From the NCBI GenBank assembly GCA_964437505.1, contig CAYTGU010000006.1:5400-69399 (forward strand): DNA of 64,000 nucleotides, in the 5' to 3' direction. Numbering within the stretch: position 1 is the stretch's first letter; each line of letters begins with the position of its first letter. This DNA comes from an uncultured bacterium (GTDB taxonomy: Bacteria; JAHJDO01). This document shows, piece by piece, positions 9,011 to 17,260 of this stretch. The notes under the pieces were generated by a model, which saw nothing but the letters and a program-made list of their open reading frames with translations, was not told where the DNA came from and did not search any database. The translations under genes were made by a program, and so were the position numbers.

Positions 9011-10727
9011 CAAAAAGAAGCCTATTGGGCAGTTGTTGCTTGAGAAAGGACTAATAACACATGAGCAGTTAGAGCATGCTCTGAATGAGCAGCAAAAATC
9101 TAATGGCTTGCTTGGCAGAATTTTAGTAGATCTTGGTTTTGTGACAGAAGCAGACATCTTGTCTACATTAGGAGCACAAACTGGAATGCCTGCTGCAGAT
9201 TTATCTAAAATAAATATTCCCCCGGAAGTTTTGGAAAGGGTTTCAGCTCCAATTGCAAAAGTATATAAAATTATTCCTGTAAAAATAGAAGAGAATATTC
9301 TGTATATAGCTATGGCGGATCCTTTGAATATTAACGTCTTAGATGATTTGCGGTTCATGTTGGAATGTGAAGTAAGAGGCATGGTAAGCAATGAGAAAGA
9401 TATTGAGGAGGCTATTGCTAAATATTATGGAGAAAAAACAGAGACTGTTCAGGATGTCTTAAAGGATATGGAATCAGGAGCAATAGAAATCAAAGGAGGT
9501 ATTGATGAGACTGAGGAAGATATTCATGATGTAGCAACTCTTCAGGAGTTGGCGCATCAGGTTCCTGTAGTTAAATTGCTTAATTTAGTGCTTATTCAGG
9601 CAATAAAGGATAAGGCTAGTGATCTGCATTTTGAGCCATTTGAAGACCAATTTAAGATCAGATATCGTGTGGACGGGATGCTTTATGAGATGATCCCACC
9701 ACCTAGGCATTTGGCTTTAGCGGTAACTTCCAGAATTAAGGTTATGGCAGGAATGGATATTGCCGAAAGAAGATTGTCACAGGATGGAAGGATTGAGCTC
9801 AATATGGGTGGAAGAGAAGTAGACCTTCGTATATCAACTTTACCAACGCTTTACGGAGAAAGCGTTGTAATACGAATATTAGACAGAGGCTCTGTTATGC
9901 TCTCTCTGGACCAGGTAGGTTTTTTGGAAGAAGATCTAAAGCTATTAAGAGATTTAATAAAAAAACCTAATGGTATTATTCTTGTAACAGGCCCAACCGG
10001 ATGCGGCAAAACTACAACCCTTTATTCTGCTTTAAAGGAAATTAATTCTCCTGAGGACAAAATAATCACTACGGAAGACCCTGTTGAGTATAATTTAGCA
10101 GGTATTATACAAGTGCAAATAAGACCTCATATAGGTTTAACTTTTTCCAAGTGTCTCAGAAGTATATTAAGACAGGATCCTGATAAAATATTAGTAGGAG
10201 AGATCCGCGATCTGGAGACTGCGGAAATGTCTATTCAGGCTTCACTTACAGGACATTTAGTGCTGAGCACGTTACATACTAATGATGCAGCTGGTACAAT
10301 TGCCAGGCTTATTGATATGGATATTGAGCCTTTTCTTATAACCTCGACGCTAGAGGCTATTATTGCGCAAAGACTTGTTAGGAAAATATGTTCTAGTTGT
10401 AAAGAGGAGTATTCTCCAGATGAAGAAGAATTATCCTTGATTGGGCTCAAGCCGGAGGACGTGAAGGGCAAGAAATTTTATAGGGGCAAAGGATGTGAGG
10501 TATGCAACGGCATTGGATATAAGGGGCGAACAGGTATTTTGGAAATACTTGTTATTAACGACGAAATAAGAACTCTTATTGTTAATAAGGCAACTGCTGG
10601 TGATATTAGAAGCAAATCTCGCGAAAAAGGGATGTCAATGTTAAGAGAAGACGGACTGAAAAAAATATGGATGGGAATTACTACTATTGAGGAAGTAGCA
10701 AGAGAGACACAGGGAGTGGAGATATAG
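9003..10727 (+). CDS. PilB/GspE-family extension ATPase 2 with MshEN-like N-terminus
   Basis: IGQLLLEKGLI...QL..AL.EQ; GPTGCGKTTT; LRQDPDKILVGEIRD; CSSC/CEVC. Confidence 0.92.
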   Translation: MTSKKKPIGQLLLEKGLITHEQLEHALNEQQKSNGLLGRILVDLGFVTEADILSTLGAQTGMPAADLSKINIPPEVLERVSAPIAKVYKIIPVKIEENILYIAMADPLNINVLDDLRFMLECEVRGMVSNEKDIEEAIAKYYGEKTETVQDVLKDMESGAIEIKGGIDETEEDIHDVATLQELAHQVPVVKLLNLVLIQAIKDKASDLHFEPFEDQFKIRYRVDGMLYEMIPPPRHLALAVTSRIKVMAGMDIAERRLSQDGRIELNMGGREVDLRISTLPTLYGESVVIRILDRGSVMLSLDQVGFLEEDLKLLRDLIKKPNGIILVTGPTGCGKTTTLYSALKEINSPEDKIITTEDPVEYNLAGIIQVQIRPHIGLTFSKCLRSILRQDPDKILVGEIRDLETAEMSIQASLTGHLVLSTLHTNDAAGTIARLIDMDIEPFLITSTLEAIIAQRLVRKICSSCKEEYSPDEEELSLIGLKPEDVKGKKFYRGKGCEVCNGIGYKGRTGILEILVINDEIRTLIVNKATAGDIRSKSREKGMSMLREDGLKKIWMGITTIEEVARETQGVEI

Positions 10728-10730
10728 GAT

Positions 10731-11999
10731 ATGGCTGTTTACGCTTATGTGGCGATGAATAATCGCGGTAAAGAAGTAAATGGAACTGTTGAAGCAGAGA
10801 CTTCTACTTTAGCAATATCCCAGATAAGGGATATGGGCTATTTCCCTACGAAGGTTTATGAAAAGTCTCCTGCTTCTGCTACTTCAACGTCTGCCAAAAC
10901 AGCAAAGTCCGGCGGTTCTAGTATGAATATTCAGATTAAACTGCCAGGAATTGGTGATAGAATAAAGCCAAGTCAATTATCCGTTTTTGTCAGACAATTA
11001 GCAACCTTGCTTGGCGCGGGTCTTCCTTTGTTGAGGAGTCTTAATGTCCTGAGTGACCAAGCTAAACCTGGTATTATGAAAGAAACTCTCTCTCAGGTGG
11101 CTACAGATATTGAGGGAGGCGCTACATTTTCAGAGACACTTGCCAAACATCCTAAAAGCTTTTCAAAACTTTTTATTAATATGATAAAGGCTGGTGAAGT
11201 TGGCGGGATTTTAGAGGCGGTTTTGGAAAGGCTGGCTGAGTTTTCAGAGAAAGAAGAAGCATTAAAGAGAAAGATTAAGTCTGCTATGGTTTATCCTATA
11301 CTTGTTACCGTTGCAGCTGGTGGAATACTTACTTTTTTGATTATAGTAGTTATCCCAACCTTCAAAAAAATGTTTGAAGATTTCAACACAGAGTTGCCGG
11401 GCGCTACTGTAATGCTGTTAAAAATGTCAGATGTTTTCAAGGATTGGAAAAATGTTCTTGTTGTTCTCGGATCATTAGTGGGGCTATTTATACTATACAA
11501 GATTATCCGAAAGACACGAAAAGGAGCGTATTATTCAGATAAGCTTAAGTTGTATATTCCAGTTGTTGGGCCATTGATTAGAAAAACAGCTGTTGGGAGA
11601 TTTTCAAGGACATTTGCCACGCTGATCGGAAGCGGAGTTCCGATACTTCAAGCACTTACAATCGTAAAAGAAACATCAGGTAATGAAGTAATATCTCAAT
11701 CAATGGTGGCTGTTCATGATAGTATCAGAGAAGGAGAATCAATAGCAGGACCACTTCAAGCAAGTGGAATATTCCCCCCACTGGTTATTAATATGGTGGA
11801 TGTTGGTGAAGAAACAGGAGCATTAGATAAGATGCTGCTTAAAGTCGCAGAAGCATATGATCAAGAAGTAGATGCTGCAGTAGTAGCTTTGACAAGTATA
11901 ATAGAACCAATTATGATTGTAGGCATGGGGGTTGTCGTCGGGTTCATAGTTATTGCGTTATTCTTACCGTTAATTAAGCTGGCTACAGCGATTGTATAA
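10731..11999 (+). CDS. pilC: PilC/GspF inner-membrane platform protein
   Basis: RQLATLLGAGLPL, GEVGG.L...LERLA, YP, GEETGALD, EP; three TM segments. Confidence 0.92.
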   Translation: MAVYAYVAMNNRGKEVNGTVEAETSTLAISQIRDMGYFPTKVYEKSPASATSTSAKTAKSGGSSMNIQIKLPGIGDRIKPSQLSVFVRQLATLLGAGLPLLRSLNVLSDQAKPGIMKETLSQVATDIEGGATFSETLAKHPKSFSKLFINMIKAGEVGGILEAVLERLAEFSEKEEALKRKIKSAMVYPILVTVAAGGILTFLIIVVIPTFKKMFEDFNTELPGATVMLLKMSDVFKDWKNVLVVLGSLVGLFILYKIIRKTRKGAYYSDKLKLYIPVVGPLIRKTAVGRFSRTFATLIGSGVPILQALTIVKETSGNEVISQSMVAVHDSIREGESIAGPLQASGIFPPLVINMVDVGEETGALDKMLLKVAEAYDQEVDAAVVALTSIIEPIMIVGMGVVVGFIVIALFLPLIKLATAIV

Positions 12000-12005
12000 T
12001 GTAAT

Positions 12006-12078
12006 AGGGTTCAAAATATTGAACCCCTACAAAACAGGCATCAAAATCTATCTGTAGGGGCACAATATCTTGTGCCCT
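12006..12078. repeat. Doublet of GTAG-type REP palindromes in opposite orientation
   Basis: Minus copy GTAG-GGGTTCAA-TATT-TTGAACCC (12007-12030); plus copy GTAG-GGGCACAA-TATC-TTGTGCCC (12054-12077); both have perfect 8-bp stems. Confidence 0.8.
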
Positions 12079-12090
12079 TTAGAAAATATT

Positions 12091-13452
12091 ATGAATCCAA
12101 AAATTTTAGTTGTAGATGATGAACTAAATATGCGAAAGACCCTTTCTGGTATTCTTCTTCAGCAGGGCTATGATGTTAAAGTATGCGGGGATGGGAAAAA
12201 AGCTATAGAAATTTTAGATACCGAGCAATTCAATTTAATAATCACTGACATAAAGATGCCTCATATGGATGGAATGGCAATATTGTCTCTCCTCAGAAAG
12301 AAGAACATAGAAATACCTGTTATAATTATTACAGGGCATGCCACAGTGGATTCAGCAATTGATGCAGTAAAGCTTGGAGCTTATGATTATATAAGAAAAC
12401 CATACATGCCGGAGGAAATTCTTTTCTCTGTGCATAGAGCGGTAGAGCGTGAAAAACTGATAAGTGAAAATTTATATCTACATAATCAGCTGAAAGGAAA
12501 ATTTCGCTTTAAAGGATTAATAGGGAATAATAAGAAAATGCAGGATGTCTATCGACTGGCGCAAAAGGTCTCTAAAAGCAATGCTGCTATACTTATAAGG
12601 GGAGAGAGCGGGACAGGCAAAGAGTTGATAGCTAACGCAATTCACTATAACAGTCAGCGTAAAAATAATAAGTTTCTTGCTATAAATTGCGGAGCTTTAC
12701 CCGAGAACCTGTTGGAGAGCGAACTATTTGGCCATAAGAAAGGCGCGTTTACAGGCGCTATAAGTAGTAGAAAAGGAATATTTGAGGTAGCTGATAAAGG
12801 AACTATCTTTCTTGATGAAATAGGGGATCTTTCTTTAACTACGCAGATGAAATTATTGCGCGTTCTTCAGGATGGAGAATTTAGGGAAGTGGGAGGAACT
12901 CGGCAAATTAAGGTTGATGTGAGAATCATAAGCGCAACTAACAAGAATTTAGAAGATCGTATAAAGCAAGGTTTGTTCAGAGAGGATTTATATTATAGGA
13001 TAAATGTAATTGCTATTGATCTGCCTCCACTCAGGGAGAGGAAAGACGATATAGCTCTTTTGGTAAAGCATTTTTTAGAAAAGTATAATCCATTAAAATC
13101 TAAGGGGGGCACAGCTAAACGAATTTCCTCTGAAGCCATGAGTTTGCTAATAAACTTTGACTGGCCGGGCAATGTTAGAGAACTGGAAAATATAATTGAA
13201 CGCGCAGTAGCATTGCAGGAAGGCCCATGTATTCTTCCTGAGGATTTGCCTGTAGGGGTAGGTTTTCAACCTGCCCACATCCCAGCAGTTACAGGAGAGA
13301 ATTTTCATGAAGCGCGAACTGTCTTCGAAAAGAATTTTTTAATCAATATATTAAAAAAAACTAATAGAAATATATCCCTTGCCTCAAAGAAAGCTGGCAT
13401 AAGCAGACGCCATTTCTATGAGAAGATGAAATTATATGGAATCAAAAGATAA
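12091..13452 (+). CDS. sigma54-dependent response regulator (PilR/NtrC/AtoC type)
   Basis: KILVVDD, ITDIKMP, GESGTGKE, ESELFGH.KGAFTGA, FLDEIG, WPGNVRELEN, Fis-type HTH. Track start 12070 falls inside the REP; ATG 12091 preferred. Confidence 0.93.
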   Translation: MNPKILVVDDELNMRKTLSGILLQQGYDVKVCGDGKKAIEILDTEQFNLIITDIKMPHMDGMAILSLLRKKNIEIPVIIITGHATVDSAIDAVKLGAYDYIRKPYMPEEILFSVHRAVEREKLISENLYLHNQLKGKFRFKGLIGNNKKMQDVYRLAQKVSKSNAAILIRGESGTGKELIANAIHYNSQRKNNKFLAINCGALPENLLESELFGHKKGAFTGAISSRKGIFEVADKGTIFLDEIGDLSLTTQMKLLRVLQDGEFREVGGTRQIKVDVRIISATNKNLEDRIKQGLFREDLYYRINVIAIDLPPLRERKDDIALLVKHFLEKYNPLKSKGGTAKRISSEAMSLLINFDWPGNVRELENIIERAVALQEGPCILPEDLPVGVGFQPAHIPAVTGENFHEARTVFEKNFLINILKKTNRNISLASKKAGISRRHFYEKMKLYGIKR

Positions 13453-14569
13453 AGCATTTTCTCTGTTTTCACAAATTGCATATCTATTTATATTAACCGG
13501 GTTAGCTGTTTTTCTTATATACGTTGCTGTGATTGTATGGAAAGCTCCCATTCTTCGACACAGGGATTTTTTTATTGCAATTATCTTCTTTTCTCTGGGC
13601 TTGATTACCTTTGCCTACATATGGAAGATTATTCTTCAGCCGATATATAAGGGATTACGGACTACAGCTTTGAACAGTGGGTTTAAACCCACTGTTCAGG
13701 ACAATAGCCTGCAACCACTTATTAGCTCAAGGGAACAACTTAAAAAATGGTCTCAGGAATTGGAAAAAAGAGTAGAGGAGAGAACAGCAGAGCTAAAGAA
13801 ACTCAATAAGGAATTACTTGATACAGAGTTTGAGCTTATGGAAAGAGACAAGCTCTCTTCGATGGGAGAGATATCGGCAAAACTGGCGCATGAAATCAAG
13901 AATCCTCTGGCAATTATTAATAATGCGGCGTTTTTTCTCAAAAATGTCTTTAAGAAACCTGATCCTGAAGTATCAGAGCAAGTTGGAATTCTTTTTCAGG
14001 AAACAGATCGTATTAATAGGCTTATTGCTGATTTACTTCAGTTTTCCAGAATTTCGGTATCCAAGGATAAGGATGTGGACATGATTGATGTTAATGTGGT
14101 GCTTGATAATGCTATCATGTCTTTTGAATCTGTAGTGGCTGTCCTTACAATAGAGAAAAAATACGCTATAAGATTACCAAAAGTAAGAGCCAATTCGGAT
14201 CAGTTGAAACAGGTATTTTTGAATATAATTTCCAATGCTTATCAAGCTATGGAAAGCAGAGGACAGAGCACAGATGGCAGACTTACGGTACATACAGATG
14301 TTATAGAAGAGGCAGAAATAAAAATTATTTTCACTGATACAGGTTGCGGGATTGCGCCTGAGAATTTGCAGGAAATATTTACACCGTTTTTTTCGACAAA
14401 AGAGCCGGGAAAGGGGACAGGACTTGGTCTTTACATCTGTAAGTCCTTAATAAAAAGTCTTAATGGAGATATCTCTGTTCAATCTGAAGTTGGAAAGGGA
14501 ACTAGTTTTACCGTTAGTTTGCCAGTGAGAAAAACCGCACACACTTGGAAGGGAAAAGCACAAACTTAG
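13436..14569 (+). CDS. Membrane sensor histidine kinase (PilS-like position)
   Basis: Two N-terminal TMs; AHEIKNPL, QVFLNII.NA, DTGCGI, FTPFFSTK, GTGLGL. Confidence 0.92.
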   Translation: MESKDKAFSLFSQIAYLFILTGLAVFLIYVAVIVWKAPILRHRDFFIAIIFFSLGLITFAYIWKIILQPIYKGLRTTALNSGFKPTVQDNSLQPLISSREQLKKWSQELEKRVEERTAELKKLNKELLDTEFELMERDKLSSMGEISAKLAHEIKNPLAIINNAAFFLKNVFKKPDPEVSEQVGILFQETDRINRLIADLLQFSRISVSKDKDVDMIDVNVVLDNAIMSFESVVAVLTIEKKYAIRLPKVRANSDQLKQVFLNIISNAYQAMESRGQSTDGRLTVHTDVIEEAEIKIIFTDTGCGIAPENLQEIFTPFFSTKEPGKGTGLGLYICKSLIKSLNGDISVQSEVGKGTSFTVSLPVRKTAHTWKGKAQT

Positions 14570-14593
14570 GATTAAGTAGTAAGGATTAGGGGG

Positions 14594-14610
14594 TTGGCAT
14601 AAATGTTGCT
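14594..14610 (+). promoter_or_regulatory. sigma54 -24/-12 promoter of the pilin cluster
   Basis: TTGGCATAAATGTTGCT: GG (14596-7), 10 nt, GC (14608-9); 31 bp before the first pilin ATG and directly after a sigma54 activator/kinase pair. Confidence 0.8.
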
Positions 14611-14641
14611 TTATAGTAATATAGAAGAAAGGGAGGTGGAA

Positions 14642-14989
14642 ATGAAATTTAAAAAAGGATTTACACTTATTGAGCTTTTGGTTGTAATAGCGATTATTAC
14701 ATTGCTTGCTTCAATAGCAGTGCCCAATTATCTTAAACAGCTTGAGAAGACCAAGGTTGGAAAGGCAACAGCAGACATAATGCTCTTGAGAAAAAGCGTT
14801 GACTTGTTCAGAGCTAATCATGAAGGAACCCTTCCTGAGAGTCTTGGTGTTCTTGTGTCGGAGAAATATCTAAGCAAAGCAGTTCCTACTGATCCATGGG
14901 GAGGAAGCTATTCATATGTATCAACAGCCAGCAGTTACACAATAACTGATGGAAGCAGTAAGGGCATATCAGAGACGATTAATTTTTAA
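14642..14989 (+). CDS. GspG-like prepilin 1
   Basis: MKFKKG|FTLIELLVVIAII, DPWG; strong RBS GGGAGGTGG before ATG 14642 (track start 14603 is too early). Confidence 0.9.
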   Translation: MKFKKGFTLIELLVVIAIITLLASIAVPNYLKQLEKTKVGKATADIMLLRKSVDLFRANHEGTLPESLGVLVSEKYLSKAVPTDPWGGSYSYVSTASSYTITDGSSKGISETINF

Positions 14990-15000
14990 AGGAGGAGAAG

Positions 15001-15498
15001 ATGAGGAAAAGGACAGGATTTACACTTATTGAGCTTCTGGTCGTAATAGGCATCATTGTGCTTCTTGCAGGTATTGTAATGCCTAACTTCATGAAGCAGA
15101 TTGACAAGGCGAAGAAAACACGCGCAAGAGCGGACATTCACAGTGTTGAGAACGCTTTGGCAATGTATCAGACTGATTGGGGAACATATCCAGGTGATGG
15201 CATAGTAAATAGTGGAAGTGCAGATTTATCTGGTGATCCAGATGATAATATTACTGGAGCTGGTGAATTAAAAGATATGTTACAAACAGCTGGGACAAAT
15301 GGACGCGGACCATATCTTTCAAAGGATATTCCAAATGATCCTTATGGGACAGTATATAAATATAGAGCTTCGGGAGGCACTTCAACTGATTATACTAATC
15401 CGCTTAAAGAACGCAGTTATGACCTCTGGTCGTATGGTAAGGATAAGGCTGATGGCGGGGACGATGACATAGCGTGTTGGGATACTGGGACAAACTAA
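15001..15498 (+). CDS. GspG-like prepilin 2
   Basis: MRKRTG|FTLIELLVVIGII, YQTDWGTYP, DPYG..YKY, LWSYGKD...GG.DDI. Confidence 0.9.
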   Translation: MRKRTGFTLIELLVVIGIIVLLAGIVMPNFMKQIDKAKKTRARADIHSVENALAMYQTDWGTYPGDGIVNSGSADLSGDPDDNITGAGELKDMLQTAGTNGRGPYLSKDIPNDPYGTVYKYRASGGTSTDYTNPLKERSYDLWSYGKDKADGGDDDIACWDTGTN

Positions 15499-15500
15499 GA

Positions 15501-16067
15501 ATGAAGACGACAGACGACAGACCACAGACGACAGACCACGGTAAAAAACTATGGTCTAAAGTAGGTTTCACCGCTGTTGAGCTTATGATAGTGCTTGCAA
15601 TCATGGGTATTATGCTTGTTGCAGCAGTACCATCATTTGTCCAATTCACAAGAAATTCCAGGATTAAGAGCGGAGCGCAGATGGTTGTTTCCGCTCTTAG
15701 AACTGCGCGCAGTTATGCAATAACAAAAAGAAAAAACTGCATGGTCATTGTAGATACCACAATGAATGCAGTAAAGATCTATGAGAACGATACAGGAACA
15801 CTGAGTAACTGGAAAGTAATGCCAAAGACGATTGTAATTAGTCATGAAATTTCATCCGGATATCATCTTAATGTACCGTATCCTGACGATTCAGCGGCGG
15901 CAAGTGGAAGTTATACGTCAAAACCTACAGTCAAATTCAAACCAACAGGAGGAGCGACTATTGGTGGCACAATTCAGGTTAGTGATGACGATAAGACAAA
16001 TCCTGATACATCCTATATTACATGGACAAACATTACAGGTCGTGTGAGGACATCGCGTACGCCATGA
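15501..16067 (+). CDS. GspH/FimT-like minor pilin with repeat-encoded leader
   Basis: MKTTDDRPQTTDHGKKLWSKVG|FTAVELMIVLAI; L..ARSYAI..R; F.PTG, TGRV at the C-terminus. Confidence 0.85.
   Translation: MKTTDDRPQTTDHGKKLWSKVGFTAVELMIVLAIMGIMLVAAVPSFVQFTRNSRIKSGAQMVVSALRTARSYAITKRKNCMVIVDTTMNAVKIYENDTGTLSNWKVMPKTIVISHEISSGYHLNVPYPDDSAAASGSYTSKPTVKFKPTGGATIGGTIQVSDDDKTNPDTSYITWTNITGRVRTSRTP
15506..15557. repeat. Heptamer array plus one inverted unit inside the pilin leader
   Basis: GACGACA GACGACA GACCACA GACGACA GACCACG, then GTAAAAAAC TATGGTC T. Confidence 0.85.
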
Positions 16068-16083
16068 TAAGGGGACATAAAGA

Positions 16084-16539
16084 ATGTTTAGGATTTTGAG
16101 AATTAGAATTTTGAATTTGTTTCGGATTTGCTCTACTCGCGCTTTCAGCCTTCTTGAACTTGTTATTTCAATGGCTATTCTGTCTATCGCGCTTCTCGGA
16201 CTTATTCAAATGTTCCCTGTAGGTCTCAGGGCAAGCAAGCATGCAGGAGACTACACAATGATGACATTTCTTGGTCAGCAAAAAATGAGTGATATTGAGC
16301 AGAATAAATATGAAGATAATGAGTATATGAATGCCAATGATGTTAGTGATATTGATACGTCTTCGTCCTTGACTACTTCAGATCATTTTTTTGCTTCTCC
16401 AAATGAGAGTTTTTCATGGAGTTGCGTGGTTTCGACTCATAATGATATAGATAATTTGTATCACGCTACTTTAGCTATATACTGTAATGATAGAGGCGAT
16501 ACCAGAATTGAGGAATTTGTAACGAGTTATGTTAAGTGA
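16084..16539 (+). CDS. GspI/PilV-like minor pilin
   Basis: MFRILRIRILNLFRICSTRA|FSLLELVISMAILSIALLGL. Confidence 0.82.
   Translation: MFRILRIRILNLFRICSTRAFSLLELVISMAILSIALLGLIQMFPVGLRASKHAGDYTMMTFLGQQKMSDIEQNKYEDNEYMNANDVSDIDTSSSLTTSDHFFASPNESFSWSCVVSTHNDIDNLYHATLAIYCNDRGDTRIEEFVTSYVK
16087..16129 (-). repeat. Inverted copy of the 1572-type arm inside the pilin leader
   Basis: Reverse complement AAATCCGAAACAAATTCAAA matches 1593-1612 AAATACGAAACAATATCAAA at 17/20. Confidence 0.6.
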
Positions 16540-17260
16540 AATAAAAACAGACGACAGACGACAGACCACAGTAAAAAACCATGGTCCATGGTCTATTGTC
16601 CATGGTCTAAAAGGTAGTTCTGCTTTCACATTGATCGAAATGATGATCACAACAGCAGTTTTGGCTTTATTGATAACAGGCATTTATTCTGTTTTTAAAG
16701 GTGGTACCGATTCATGGACAAAGGGTAATGTAAGAATGGAGCGGTATCAGAACGCAAGAGCAATTCTGGGGATGATGTCAAGAGAGATCTCCTGCGCAAT
16801 GGTTAATGAGGCGAGAAAGATATATATGCTGGGAATAAATGACGATGGCACTCGGATAAAAACAGGCAGTAGCAGGGATGAACTGTTTTTTATTGCTCCT
16901 GTACACGAAACCAGTAGTTTGGGAACTGACGAGTCTGATATGTGTGAAATAGGCTACTGGACAAGAGGAGATACCGAGATTATGCGCCATTATACAGCTT
17001 CATCTGTGGATTTTGTTTATAAAAGTGGAGATAATAGCGATTCGCTTGGCGTAAAAGCAACAGATCTTCAATTTTATTATTACTATGACAATAATGATGC
17101 GGATTCTCAGGTAAACTGGGGTTCTAATGATTCGGATGCAGATACCTATTTATATACTTTGCCAAAAAAGATAACAATAGTTCTCAAAACAAGAGATGAA
17201 GAAGCGAGAGAAGATACTCAGACCTTTGAGACCACTGTATTTATGCCGGGAGCGGAATGA
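16529..17260 (+). CDS. GspJ/PilW-like minor pilin with repeat-encoded leader
   Basis: MLSEIKTDDRRQTTVKNHGPWSIVHGLKGSSA|FTLIEMMIT; AR.IL.MMSREIS.A. Confidence 0.85.
   Translation: MLSEIKTDDRRQTTVKNHGPWSIVHGLKGSSAFTLIEMMITTAVLALLITGIYSVFKGGTDSWTKGNVRMERYQNARAILGMMSREISCAMVNEARKIYMLGINDDGTRIKTGSSRDELFFIAPVHETSSLGTDESDMCEIGYWTRGDTEIMRHYTASSVDFVYKSGDNSDSLGVKATDLQFYYYYDNNDADSQVNWGSNDSDADTYLYTLPKKITIVLKTRDEEAREDTQTFETTVFMPGAE
16550..16608. repeat. Heptamer inverted-repeat hairpin inside the pilin leader
   Basis: GACGACA GACGACA GACCACA GTAAAAAAC CATGGTC CATGGTC TATTGTC CATGGTC T. Confidence 0.85.

Noticed and set aside
8903-9391. 162-aa minus ORF and the many other nested ORFs in the track
   Set aside because: They lie antisense or out of frame within well-supported genes and show no motifs.
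14567-14594. Possible heptamer arm TAGGATT AAGTAGT AAGGATT before the sigma54 site
   Set aside because: Only two similar units and no partner arm; could be chance or an activator site.
15506-16608. CRISPR array
   Set aside because: Units are 7 nt with no unique spacers, and no cas genes are in the window.
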